This document shows, in pieces, positions 40,574-53,843 of a DNA stretch of 64,000 nucleotides. Origin of the DNA: Octopus vulgaris (taxonomy: Eukaryota); NCBI GenBank assembly GCA_951406725.2, contig OX597816.1, positions 17,050,001-17,114,000 of the forward strand. Direction: 5' to 3'. Position 1 is the stretch's first letter. Each line of letters begins with the position of its first letter. A program made the translations under genes and the position numbers. The notes below the pieces were generated by a model. It was not told where the DNA came from and searched no databases. It worked only from the letters and a program-made list of their open reading frames with translations.

Positions 40574-41818
40574 TGCCAAGGTCAAATTTGCTTTTCATCC
40601 TTATGGATTCAATGAAATAAAGTTCTGAATAAGTAGAGGACAACAATACTCAATCTCATAAATAAGTTGCCTTGGGATAATAATGAGAAAAAATTCTCTA
40701 TTTTAAAGAATTTTGCAACAAACTACTATTTCTATCATGTAGTATCTGTCCGGAAGTTTCAGTAACCATAAACAGAAAGTGATATTTTGAGGTTTTGAAT
40801 AGAAGAAAAATGCAAAATTTGTGTGAAAGAGATAATCACCCACTTCATATGAATATTTTTCAAAATAGAATTTTGCTTATTAAATTAATATTTTCCTTAT
40901 AAACTTGACTGGTATAAAATTATTTTAACAGAACAAAACAAAAAATTTTTATGCTGTTTTTCTGTCAATATTTCAAGTTATTTTCATATGCATTCAATAA
41001 TTTTAATAGTTAGCTGAACACAAAGGATTCTGCATAATCCAATGACAAGTGAATTGGAAAATTTTGAAAAAATATTATGCTTTAAATGCTGAAGCAAATT
41101 TTTTATCATAGCCTATATTTTAATTTATTACAAGACTTCAGGGATGAATATAATTTAAATACAAAATTAAGATATGGAAACAGTTCCAATTGCAATGATT
41201 TCTCTAAAATTTCCATATCAATCAGCTCAAATTCTATCTAGAATCTCAACGTTCCTGTTCTGAAAACCACCAGCCTAAAATCATATCATGCAGAAGTAGA
41301 GTGTTGCGATTCAGTTATGGTAAATCTAACACATTCAAGTAAATATATGGAAATAGTTAAGATTATTAAGAGAAAATAAAGAAATATCAAAATAAACAAT
41401 AAAATACAAAATATATATAAATACATATATTATACTGTTTTAAAGTAACAGTGAAAGAATACTGAAAAACTACATATAATTAACATTTATTTTAAAATCT
41501 TGGTGAATTTGCTTTGTCTGAAATCAGTTTGAACTGCTTCATTTATTTTCTTAAAATCTGAGAAATGAATGCACATAAAATCTTCAAAATTTTTCTTTGT
41601 GATAAATTTAAGACATTATTTTAAATTGAAAGCAATTCTTGAGGTGAGAATAACATGTTTCACAAGTTATATTTATGAAAATAAATGAATAATCTTATTC
41701 ATCTGAATCCAACATATTCCATTGTGTAGAATAAAAAACCTGTCAAGATCAGTTTTGCTTTCGAACAATCTAGAATTGATCAAAGATAGATAGATAGATA
41801 CTTACTTAGATATCATCA

Positions 41819-41850
<32 letters not shown>

Positions 41851-41864
41851 GTTATTATTATTCA

Positions 41865-42050
41865 AGGACCTAGCGACATTTTGTCCATTTTCACGTTTTG
41901 AGTTCAAATGCCACTGGGGTCGACTTTGCTTTTCATCCTTTCGAGGTCAATAAAATAAGTATCAGTTAAGCACTGGGATCAATCTAATCAACTTAGCCTC
42001 ACATCTAAAATTACTGGCCTTGAAATTATTATTATCATTAATATCATTAT
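41865..42050 (+). mobile_element. Family D SINE with (ATT)n tail
   Basis: gagttcaaat..gtcgactttgcttttcatcctttcgaggtcaataaaataagta. Confidence 0.8.
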
Positions 42051-42400
42051 ACACACAACAGATTAGACTGTTGGAAAAGAAGAAATCCTAACATCGGGTT
42101 ACAACAATTAACCTTAGATGCCAAGAACCCTCCTAAGTATCCTAGCTGTCCCTAATAACACTGTTTTCAGCAGCTGTACTAAACTGGGTTTTATGCCTAT
42201 TTCCTCCATCCATCTGTTCAAATCTTTAGGGATAGTTCCTAATGTACCTATAACTACTGGGAGACATTTTATCCACACTTTCCATAGTCTCTGTAATTCA
42301 ATGGCTAGATTCTGGTACATTGCTATTGTTTCTATACCTCTCACATTGATTTTCCATCATTTGGGACTGTAAAGTCAATTATCTGGCTCTTTCTATTCTA

Positions 42401-42453
<53 letters not shown>

Positions 42454-44225
42454 GATTAGGTCTTCTAGCTTCTATTACTCTGTCAGTCTGAATGTCAAAC
42501 TCCCACAACATCTTGTATTTCTTACTTTCTAGTACTTTACTCGGTTCATGTTCATACCATTTATCAGTAGGTTCAAATCCTAGCTTCCTACATAACTCCC
42601 AGGGGATTACTTTCCCTAGGCTGTCATGTCTTTTCTTGTATTCTTTCTATGCCAGCATGTTACATTCACTTACTATATGAGTAACACTTTCCTCTTCTGA
42701 TTTGCATAACCTACATTGAGAATTTACTTGGTTTTTGTCTATCTTGGCTTTTATCCAATTAGTCTTTAATGCTTCATCTTGTGCTGCTACTAACAAACTT
42801 TCTGTCTCCCTTTTCAGCCTTCCTTTCTGCAACCACAACCATATCTCACTGCTATCATTTGCTGCAACTATCTTTGGGAATCTATCATGCAAGGCCTTCT
42901 CCTGCCCATCAAATAACATTCGTTCTTTTTTTCTGGTTTTTAACTTCATTTGGTTTTTTGCTTTCCCTATGTCTTGCTGTGAGTCTAGCAGCTCTTAACT
43001 TTCTTCCCTATTACCTACAGAGGAGTCTATATCTACTTTAGCTAACTCCACAGTCTTCTACTGACATTAGCGCTCTTCGACCTTCCTTTCTAGGTAAGTA
43101 TAATCTTGCTACTCCTGCTCTTGGATGGAGTCCTCCATTCATATTGAATTCCTTCCTAGTTCTTCCGTCTAGCTTTGTTAATTCAGTTTTTGTCCAATTG
43201 ACAAAAGCTGCTGAGTATCTAGGTAATGATACTGCCCAAGTATTTACAACTTTTACTTGATTCAGACCATTTAGCTTTGATTTCATTAGCTTCCTCACCC
43301 TTCTGATATACTCCTTCTCAATTTTAGCTTTCATTTCTATAGGTAGTACTCTGTTAGATTCTAATACTCCTATATACTTATAACTCTCTCCTTCTTTCAA
43401 TGATTTTAATGCCTGGCCATTCGGTAATTGGATGCCTTCACTGTTGACTACCTGTCCCCTTCTCATGACTAATATTTCAAACTTATCTATGCCAAATTCT
43501 ATGCCTATATATTTGTTGAAGAGTCTTACAGTCTGTACTAAGGAATCTATCTCTTTTTCATTCTTACTAAAAAGTAGATCATTCATGTAGAGCAAATGGT
43601 TAATTTTTTCCTTACTATTCCTGAACTGATACCCTGCCTTTGCCTTCCTTAATACTAAACTGAGGAGGATCAAACAAGAGATAACAAGTCTCCTTTGGAA
43701 AATTCCTCTCTCGATATTGACTTTCCCTAAGACTGTGTCACCTGAGTAGAGATCTACTTTCCATTTTTTCAAGCTAAAGCTAATTAATTCTCTTATGTTT
43801 TCTGCAATACTCAATATACTCAAACATTCATTTATCCATGAGTATGGGATCATGTCATAAGCTTTCTTATAATCTATCCATGTTATTGTTAGAGCTTTGC
43901 TTTCTAGCTTTTACTTCATTTAGAACTGCATTGTCTGTGTATAATAGATCATGCATTCCTCTAACCTTCTTCCTGCACCCTTCTGTTCTTCTGACAATAA
44001 ATTCTGGTTGTCAAGGTGCTCGTAAATACTTTCTGAAAGCATACCTATTAACAGCTTCCTCACTAATGGTAAGCAAGTGATTGGTCTATAATTGCTAGCT
44101 GTATTACCCTTGCTCTTATCTTTCATAAGGAGTATTGTTCTCCCTCTAGTCATCCAGTCTGGTATTATTCCTCTGTTAAAGCAATCCTGCAGTTTTTCCC
44201 TTAGCCTCCCATGTAAACTACTAAA
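42051..44225 (-). mobile_element. R4/Dong-like non-LTR retrotransposon (RT + CCHC + restriction-like endonuclease), 5'-truncated, frameshifted
   Basis: ORF pieces NYRPITCLP..EEQKG (43920-44315), LLYMNDL and YKYIGV (43038-43853), CRLC..ESVTHIVSEC (42647-42949), RPNLVV.. and YQNLAIELQRLW..PVVIGTLG (42114-42344); both ends abut (TAA/TGA)n. Confidence 0.85.
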
Positions 44226-44387
44226 TTTATTATTATCATTATCATCAGCATCATCACCATCATCATTATTATTATTACTATTATTATTATTTACAACAGT
44301 TTCATTTGGCTCCATGTGACTTAAAGTTTCGCAACCTTCTTACAGAAACCTAACTTGTTCAGGCTCAGATATATGTATGTATGTATG

Positions 44388-44422
<35 letters not shown>

Positions 44423-44540
44423 ACACACACACACAATAGAATATAAGTACTGGAAAGTGCATCATGTAACCAAAAGTTAGGGTTTAGTAGGAAATTCTAC
44501 ACTCCGTTCTTATAACCAGTGTAGTTAGAGGAAGGGCACC

Positions 44541-44838
44541 AGGCTATGAGTAGGTAATAATCATCATCATCATCTTCATTTAACATCCATTTTCCATGCT
44601 AGCATGAGTTAGACAGTTTGACTGAATCTAGCCAACCAGAGAGCTGTCCAGGCTCCAACTGTCTGACGTAGCATGGTTTCTATGGCTTGGATGCCCTTCC
44701 TAATGCCAACAACTTCACAGAGTATGCTGGGTGCTTTTTACTTATGTTGGTAGCACATAAAAAGCACTCGGCACAAGTGCATTTTACATGGCACCGGCAC
44801 AATCGCATTTTATGTGGTGCCAGCACCAGTGCATTTTA
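44541..44838 (-). mobile_element. Family A variant with ~26-bp internal units
   Basis: (cat)n tail and body; gcac..gcatttta(c/t)(a/g)tgg repeated three times. Confidence 0.75.
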
Positions 44839-44970
44839 CTAATAAAAAAATATCGAAAACATTTATAAAGCTTAAAATACTATATACAATTTCTGCAATT
44901 TTTAATTACATCTCTCTCTATATATATATGTATTTACATGCAAATTCTTGGATGAAAGATCACTGAGACT

Positions 44971-45224
44971 CATCATCATCATCATCATCATCATCATCGT
45001 TTAGCATCCGCTTTCCATGCTGGCATGGGTTGGACAGTTCTGCACCAGGCCCAGTCTGATCTGGCAAAGTTTCTACGGCTAGATGTCCTTCCTAACGCCA
45101 ACCACTCCATGAGTGTAGTGGGTGCTTTTTACATGCCCCTGGCACAGGTGCCAGACGAGGCTGGCAAACGGCCACGATCGGATGGTGCTTTTTATGTGCC
45201 ACCGGCACGGGGGCTAGGCGAGGC
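44971..45224 (-). mobile_element. Family A retroposon with 42-bp target-site duplication
   Basis: Flanking direct repeats 44929-44970 and 45225-45266, 2 mismatches. Confidence 0.9.
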
Positions 45225-46177
45225 TGTATTTACATGCAAATTCTTGGATCAATGATCACTGAGACTAGAAACCCCAAAAAGACTCAATGAAAGTTAAAGA
45301 TAACTGTAGAACCAATAGTTATATAAATACAGATTTAATGTTTTCACAAAAGAACTCCACTTTTGGTAAGTCAATAGCTTTCCCAAAACTGAATGTTCGG
45401 AACCTGGAAATGCAGTTATTTTGGAATATTTCTATATGATTCAAACATTTGAAACAAATTTGATTCATAAAAGTTAAAATATTTTTTCCAAGAAATATGG
45501 CATCAAAAAATTAGAAGTAAAATAATGAAACTACATTATTTTATGTTAAGTAAATATAGACATACCGAGAGCTTACTTCATGGTCCTATATCAGAATACA
45601 AATTTACACGAAATCTTACTCATATAGCAAATATATAAGTAAATAAATAAATGGATAACGTAATGGAAAAGTGAATATGAAGAAAATAGGTACCTAATTA
45701 AATCAATAGTAATAGATTATAAGAAATTAGAAAAATGCATAAAAAATACATACACTCATGAGTAATACATTTGCTGACCTGCTCTTAATATATGTGCAAA
45801 CATACCAGTAGCATATGCACATGTAAATTTCTACATAAAAATCCTATATATTCTAATATACACGGAGATCCACACATTTATACAGGCACAGATATGTATA
45901 ACATACAAACACTTATGCATACACAGAACACATACATTATAAATATGCATACCATTGCATGCACACATACATCAACAAATATATGTGATTAGATCTCTAA
46001 TATGTTAAAAACTAATGCTCATCTTGGAACATATATCTCCACATACAAACTTACATATTCTAATGCAGAAATCTATGCACATATTTACTGACACATACAC
46101 TTATATTCAAATATCTATACATTCTTATCTCTATTTTAGCATGAATAGATAGCAATAGATATATATATATATATATA

Positions 46178-46438
46178 GGGAGAGTTTACGAAAAAAACAA
46201 AAGACGAAGACAGGTGGTGTACAAAACAAACAGATGTATTAGTATAACGCTCAGGAATAGAAAAAGTATTTTACATTTCGAGCCTATGCTCTTCTACAGA
46301 AAGGGACTCATGCTGATCCTGTCATTTCTTACCACACACGAACTTCTCCACTAGACTCTCTATCTACCCTTTACGGATTCTCGTTTGGATATTTACCCTC
46401 TGGCTGCACCTCTCCTACATACAGATCACTATGGACTC

Positions 46439-46441
<3 letters not shown>
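46178..46441 (-). mobile_element. Probable Penelope-like terminal fragment in (TA)n, with hammerhead-like motif at 46268-46303
   Basis: 46178-46306 nearly identical to 55353-55481; (TA)n on both sides. Confidence 0.65.
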
Positions 46442-46490
<49 letters not shown>

Positions 46491-48149
46491 CTTAAAATTT
46501 AAATCCACATCTTTGTCTATATATCTACCTTCTCTGTAATGTTGCCACTTGATATGAAAATTTTTGTATTAATGGAAAACCTCTATAATTGGCTGATGAG
46601 TGCACAGCATTTTAAAACTGTTGTAATACTTACAGCATTTAATAAAATGATGTAGTACGAAACGATCGTACCAAATTACCGGAGACATTCTTGTCACTTA
46701 TTTTGATTATATATATATACATACACATATGCAAACACATTCATACATCAGTATCAGTGACTGGTAGTAAAAATATGTATCTACACATAGAAATATGTGC
46801 AGAAATTTAAATACAGTAGAGATGTTAAATAGCTTCATACAGTTCTGGAGAACAAGTATTTTCCAATATCTTACCCTAAAACATAGTTTTCATTCTATAA
46901 ATAAATACCAACATAAACATAATGGTATTAGAATGTCCTACACATTTTCAAAACCTCTTTCTACTCCTCCCTTGTCTGGTTCTGAAATAATTAAACTATA
47001 TTCAAATATTTTATACAAATTTATTTATCTTTTTTATCTTTATATATATATATAGTGAAATGAGTTCGTTCAAATTTACTTATTTTCTATAGCAACTTTA
47101 TCCTATCAATACCACTTTATACGAAACAGTTGGTAGGAAATAATGTCTAAATAAAAAAATAAAAAACACTGCTCTAATTAAACAGACTTAGATACACAAA
47201 ATATTACCACATCAATTATATAATCAAAAGTGAACTACCTCAGGCTAAAACAATGCACACGAAGTGGTGTCAAATGTAGCAAGCAAATTCATTCAAAGTA
47301 TGTCAGTACGGAACAATAGACATTAAAATGATGAGGAAGAATCATAATAATATTATAAGGACAAAACATAGATATTAATTTCAGAAGATATATTCCAGGC
47401 TTGTACAATAGATAGTAGATAATTAATCAATTGAATAAAGATAATTACTTGAAATAGCAAAATTACTGATATATCAATAATGATAGGATGGAGTTGTAAC
47501 CAGTCCTGACAGAGTTTCATCAGTCTATATATTATTGGAGTATTCAATAAGGAAACCTACCTCTGTATTGGTTACTGGGCTTGAAAATATTTTATTGCTA
47601 TTATAAATAAATAGTGAAATAGTGTTTCTACATAATACCCCATAATAAATCAGTCGCATGTAATTAAATGTCTAAGTGACTGAGATGAGTTGTTTATTAT
47701 TAATAAGATTATAATTTTTCAGACAAGTAATGAATCTCTCTCTCTCTCTCTTTCCCTCTCTATGTACGTGTGTGTGAGTGTTTACACATAAACATCACTG
47801 ACATTTGTACTATGTTTGGTTTGGTCTCTCATTATTTGACATTATATGTTCTATTCTTGGATATAAACATAGAACAGGACAAGATATGAACTAGGAGCAA
47901 TTGCATCTAAACTAACTATAACAACACAGGCCACTAATGTTTGTATAGTGGGTAACAACTGAGGTTAAAAGTCAGAAATATCATGATCTTGATTATATTA
48001 GTCAACAGATTTAGTAATAATTTCACACCATTCTTAATTTACAGTCAAAAATTGTTAAATTTCAAATACAATGCATAATAATAATAATTACGTTATTCGA
48101 TTCTAAGAGGAAAGACATGAGGTAAGTAAAACAATTAAAGAAACAAGTC

Positions 48150-48690
48150 ATAGCTGTGTGGTTACAAAGCTTGCTTTGCAACTACATAGTTTTGAGTTCA
48201 ATCCTACTGTGCAACACTTTGGGCAAGTGTCTTCTTCTATAGCCCAGACTGACCATTACCATGTGAGTGAATTTGCCGGTGGCACATAAAAAGCACCTAC
48301 TGCACTCACGGAGTGGTTGGTGTTAGGAACGGCATCCAGCCGTAGAAACATTGCCAGATCAAACTGGACCTGGTGCAGCCTTCTGGCTTCCCAGACCCCA
48401 GTTGAACCGTCCAACCCATGCTAGCATGGAAAGCGGATGCTAAATGATGATGATGATGATGAAGGTGTGTGTGGAAGCCTATCATATATTTATACATATA
48501 TGTGTGTTTTTTGTGTTACTTTTGGTCCCTCCACAGCTTCACAACCGATATTGGTTTGTTTATGCTCATGTGGCTTAGTAGTTCAGTAAAAGAGACTGAT
48601 AGCATAAGTTCCAGACTTCAAAAATAAGTACTGGGGTGGCAGGATGATTTATTTGGTCACAAACCAATGACTGAAACAAGTAAAGGATAA
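48150..48690 (+). mobile_element. Family B SINE interrupted by a family A copy (48274-48462)
   Basis: B core stops at gtgagtgaatt, family A body and tail follow, B resumes at gaagcct. Confidence 0.75.
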
Positions 48691-48864
48691 CGAAATTAAT
48701 ATTATAATAATTAGGTGCAGGTATAAATTGTTAGCATGTTGGGTAAAATGCTTAGAGGCATTTTGTCTATCTTCACGTTCTGAGTTCAAATTCCGGTGAG
48801 GCCAACTTTGGTTTTCATTCTTTTGGGGTCTGCTGGCCCTGTTCCAAAATTTGAAACCAATAAT

Positions 48865-49523
48865 TAGGTGCAGGGATGAATGTGTGGTTAAAAAACTTGC
48901 TTCTGAACCACTTGAGTTCTACTGCATGGCACCTTGCAGAAGTGTCTCCTAGTATAGCCCTAAGCTTACCAAAGTGAAGCTGGAAGATAGAAACTAAAAC
49001 AGACCCACTATGTGTGTATGTATAAATATGTATGTATTTGCTTGCACATATGTGATTCTGTCTGTGTGAGTTGGTGTCTCTTTATCCTGACATGATTGTT
49101 ATTATTTCTATATTGCCCACAAGGGGCTAAACATAGAGGAGACAAACAAGGACAGACAAAGGCGTTAAGTCGATCACATCGACCCCAGTGTGTAACTGGT
49201 ACTTAATTTATCGACCCCGAAAGGATGAAAGGCAAAGTCGACCTCAGCAGAATTTGAACTCAGAACGTAGCGGCAGACGAAATACCGCTAAGCATTTCGC
49301 CCGACGTGCTAACGTTTCTGCCAGCTCGCCGCCCTGACATGATTGTTATAAGCAAGTGTCACTACCATACAAGCATTGTCCATGAAAACATTTCAAACCA
49401 TAACTACTTGGAAGCATGTGAAGGTTGGCAACAGGAAAGTTATCCATACATAGAAAATTTGCCTCAAAAATTTCCATAACACATGTAAGCATAGAATAGT
49501 GGACATTGAAACGATAACAATGA
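48865..49523 (+). mobile_element. Family B head with A-type tail, interrupted by a young family D copy
   Basis: aggtgcaggga..tgtgtggtt head; tail aagcatagaatagtggacattgaaacgata. Confidence 0.65.
49103..49333 (-). mobile_element. Family D tRNA-headed SINE, full length, 16-bp TSD
   Basis: Starts GGCGGCGAGCTGGCAGAA, B box GAGTTCAAATTC; ctgacatgattgttat at 49087-49102 and 49334-49349. Confidence 0.9.
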
Positions 49524-50012
49524 ATCAAGACTACATAGACGAGGAATTCAGAAAGCAAAAGTTACAAAAGTCTTATTTCAATAAACAAGCTATACTTCAG
49601 ATTATTTAAGTTTAAATTTCTTAAAATTTAGAGAAAGTATTGATTCTAATCTTAAAAGTTTAGAGTACATCCAGATATTTCATACAATAATTATTCATCG
49701 ATTGAACTAGTAATCTAATCTTTTGTTTCTAGCTACATTCTGCTTTGATCAGCAAATTCTCTGGCTGTCTTTGTGGAGCATACATTTAGGTACACAAAGA
49801 CAGATCAACACATTCAGATACAACCACACACACACACATCCACACACACACACCCACATCATTCAGAGATGATATTAATTGATGTGAATAGCGAAATTTT
49901 ACATTCAAAAGAATCAGAAGCTTGATTCTAATTGAACAGTACTTGTGTAATCATATAACATTTGTAGAAATTCCAGTGGGTAAGTGTACATATATATATA
50001 CATATATATATT

Positions 50013-50290
50013 ATCATCATCATCGTTTAACGTCCGCTTTCCATGCTATCATGGGTTGGATGATTTTGACTGAAGGCTGGCGAACCAGATGGTTGCACCA
50101 GGCCTCACTCTTGATTTGGCAGAGTTTCTACAGCTGGACGCCCTTCCTAACGCCAACCACTCCGAGAGTGTAGTGATTGCTTTTTACATGCCACCGGCAC
50201 GGGGGCCAGTCAGGCGGTACTGGCAACGACCTCACTCAAATCCTCTTACACATGCCACCAGCACAGGTGCCAGTAAGGCGACGACCTCGT
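50013..50290 (-). mobile_element. Family A retroposon
   Basis: Reverse-complement match to the 12056-12467 subtype. Confidence 0.85.
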
Positions 50291-50304
50291 GAGCACCGCC
50301 AGCA

Positions 50305-50472
50305 ATTTTTTTTCCTGTCTTCCCTTCTCGGGATCTTTCCTTCTCCTTTGTTTCCGACAAAGAGCTCCGCTCGAAACGTTAAACCCTCCTTCTTCCCTGA
50401 GCGTCTAATAATACTTTATTTGTTCCATGTCCTCGCATTGCTGTGTTTTTTTGTGTTTTCTTGTTTGGATTA

Positions 50473-50478
<6 letters not shown>
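50305..50478 (+). mobile_element. Probable Penelope-like terminal fragment with hammerhead-like motif at 50350-50384
   Basis: gttt-CCGACAA-a-gagc tcc gctc-GAAA-cg-TT-aaac; cctgagcgt..taatac block shared with the 46.2/55.4 kb elements; 3' end abuts (TA)n. Confidence 0.6.
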
Positions 50479-50518
<40 letters not shown>

Positions 50519-51654
50519 GACACATATACATAAGCAGCCAGTTTACTACTCCCTCCCCTCCAAGCTGCTCCCAATCAACATCCATCCCTCATTCTTATGA
50601 TTGAACTCTCATATTTACCATCATACCCTTGTTCACCATTTACTATATTCATCCCTTATATATATTTGACTTCCTCCACCTCATGTTTGTATCCATTTGT
50701 CACTCTTCTCCCACTCATTCAATCTCACCTACTCTGACTGATTCTTCTGATTCAATATTCACTTCTGTTTAACTGTTTGGCACCCTGTTACTACCATTTT
50801 CCTTTATCGAGTACTACAGCAACCAGTTCCCTCCACCCATGTGAAGTGTGGGTAGCCATGAATCTCCTACACACCAATAAATCTGTTGCTGCTCCTCCCA
50901 TCTACACAATCAACCTCATAACAACTTGTATAAACCCCTATCACTCTTAGTTGAGGAGACTCTCTAGTCTTGCAAGCTAGAAGACAATTTCATCAGTGCT
51001 GGTGCCAGTAAAAAGGAATCCAGTAAACTTGGTAAAGTGATTGGCATCATGAAGGACATAGAAACCATGCAAAAACTGAGACATTGGACCAAAAACATAA
51101 TCTTCTGGTCTGCTTGATACTGTCAAAATGTTCAATTTCAGCCAGCATGGAAAATAAATGTAAAATGATGATGGCTTATCAAACTATACAGTTATTATAA
51201 TGGTTAAATCTGGAATATGGGGGAATTGTTGACTGCTTGCTTTGGCAACAAACAGTCCACAGGAGTGATCATAAAAGATAATACTAAGTTCAATTTATGT
51301 GAGGAATAAAGAGTCTAATGTTCTGAAACATGTATTCTGGATTTTAGTCTGAGTAAAGATATAAGGGAAAGTAGTGTTGTCACTTTGGTTGCCGAAAACT
51401 GCTCAATGGTCAACCAATGAATTAACCCAGCTGTGTCGAAAGTGACCATTTTACTCAGTTCTTTTAAAATGACTGACATATAATAATCAGACACTGTTTT
51501 GAACAACCAGCATTCATGAAATGCAAGCATAGAAACTTATGTTTATATACATACATCTACATTGAGAGAGCTGTTGCTGTATACAGAAAACACTAAGATT
51601 TGATTGAAAAAAAAGTGAACCATAACATATATACAAACACACACATTTATATAT

Positions 51655-51945
51655 ATCATGTGGTCAACCAGACTATTGGATATTGTTATACATCGCTGAC
51701 CACAATGCACTTTGCATAATTTTAGCTTTTAAATTATGTCACCCTGCTGGCTAGGTGAGCAGGCCAACATTATCCCTGATCAGAAAGCTAGCTCATCATA
51801 GGGTTAACCCATTTACAGCTGAGTGACCTGGAGTAACGTGAAATGAAGTGTTTTGAGAACACAATGTTTGGCTTGGTTCAGGAATTGAACTCACAATCTA
51901 GTGATCATGAGTGCAACACCCTAACCACTAGATCATGCACCTTCA
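51655..51945 (-). mobile_element. Family F SINE, older copy
   Basis: tRNA-like head, cactcagctg core, tail shared with 51963-52223 and 57561-57672. Confidence 0.75.
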
Positions 51946-51962
51946 CTATATATATATATATG

Positions 51963-52223
51963 ACTGTGACCGACCAGGCTATCAGATATTGCTACACATC
52001 GCTGATCACAATGCGCTTTGCGTTGTTTTAGCCTTCAAATGACGCCACCCCACTGGCTAAGCGAGCAGGCCAACAGAAGAAAGAGTGAGATAAAGTTGTG
52101 GTGAAAGAGTGGAGCTTTAGGTGTTTTCGCTCAATAAACACTCACAACGCCCGGTCTGGGAATCGAAACCGCGATCCTATGACCGCGAGTCCGCTTCCTT
52201 AACCACTGGGCCATTGCACCTCC
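51963..52223 (-). mobile_element. Family F SINE, CpG-rich head
   Basis: A box TGGCCCAGTGG, B box GGTTTCGATTCC, tail ggcctgctcgcttagccag..gtcggtcacagt. Confidence 0.8.
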
Positions 52224-52872
52224 ACACACACACACATATATATATACACACACATACACACATGCAGACACACACATATAGAATGCTACAAATAACACCC
52301 CAGTGGGCAATGTTCACAGTCTGCAAATGACATGGTCTATTTGTTCACATTATTCTTTAATCAATAAATTGAAAAATTTTCATAATTACATGACCTTCAA
52401 AATATTTTTGTAGCTTATTGCTTTAATTAAGTTTTATAATCGTATTTCTTTTATAACTTTTGTAAAACCTTTTTACAAATAATTAGAATTAGAATCTGAT
52501 TATGCAGAGTCATGCTATCATGATATATGTTAAAACGGTAGCATGCCTATCTAAGTTAGGAACCCTATTATTACTCATTTGACAATTAATTTGGTGATAA
52601 TTTAATAAATTTCATGACATGTATAAAACATTCACCAAGGAAAGTAGCGATGTTTCCCATGCATATTTATATCTTCTTCGTTATCAACTCATTTTCTACT
52701 GTATGTTGCCAGAGAAACAGAACAAACCCATAGATTTTAGTTCTTAAACATTATTATAGAAGCAGCTACAGCTTCTAGCACCAATGTCTTGAACTCCAAG
52801 AGGAACTAATTAATATTTTCAAGCCATGTACTCTGAATGAAAAACAAGTATTGAAGTACAAAATAACAAGAC

Positions 52873-53325
52873 AAAGAGACCGATAGAATAAGTACCAGGC
52901 TTACAAAGAATAAGTCCAGGGGTTGATTTCTTTGGTTAAAAGACGGTGTTCTAGCATGGCCACAGTCAAAATGACTGAAACAAGTAAAAGTGTAGATATA
53001 AATTATCATCACCATCATAGTTTAATGTCCACTTTTCCAAGCTTGTATGGAGAAGATGGAGTTTGCTGAGACAGGTTTTTTACAGCTGAATGTCCATCCT
53101 AACACCAAACCTTGCCTGTTTCCTGGTAAGGTAATATTCTCCAAAACTAGACATGTTTATACAGAAGATTGAAAGTGAAGGACATCACTTTGGTGAAAGT
53201 GGCATTCGTTTACAACTATTATATGAAAGCTAGGCAAGGAGACAGTAAAACACACAGACACACACACAGATACATGTACGGCAGGCATCTTTCAGTTTCA
53301 GTCCTCCAAATCTACTCACAAGATT
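52873..53325. mobile_element. Tail-to-tail SINE fragments: B tail (+, 52873-52990) and B core with A-type tail (-, 53003-53325)
   Basis: gatagaataagtacc..gactgaaacaagtaaaag; then (cat)n tttaatgtccacttttcca..ttcagtttc..ccaaatctactcacaag. Confidence 0.7.
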
Positions 53326-53513
53326 TATGTATGAGTTCAGTTAGTAAACAAAATATTCTAAAATATTCTAACATCTTACCAACTCAGTTAGTTCCTTCGT
53401 TAATATACATTTGCATGGGTGTGTGTTTGCCTATGATACATGTGTGATATATGTCTTCATAGATCAATCTATATATATATGTATTCATATATCTATCTAT
53501 ATATATCTATTTA

Positions 53514-53556
<43 letters not shown>

Positions 53557-53609
53557 TCACACATACACACACACATATATATATTCACACATACACACAC
53601 ATATCTATA

Positions 53610-53689
53610 TTAGACAACTGAGATTGGTTTCAGCCATTATCAGCCCAGGCCATGACTAATTCAATAGCACCTCCTGAAGAGTATTTTTA

Positions 53690-53748
<59 letters not shown>

Positions 53749-53843
53749 ACACGTACGCGTGTGCATACAGACCTCTCCAGGTGGTGCTACTGAGTTAGTC
53801 ATGGCCTGGGCCGATAATGTCTGAAACAATCTAAGTTAACTAA
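53610..53843. repeat. Foldback element, ~71-bp inverted arms around (TG)n
   Basis: 53610-53681 vs 53773-53843: about 9 substitutions and 1 gap. Confidence 0.9.

Noticed and set aside
46590-46630. CTGATGA-gtgc/gcat hairpin as a hammerhead
   Set aside because: No GAAA after stem II and no stem I
52148-52223. tRNA gene
   Set aside because: A and B boxes are present but there is no paired acceptor stem and it continues into a SINE body; same for B and D heads
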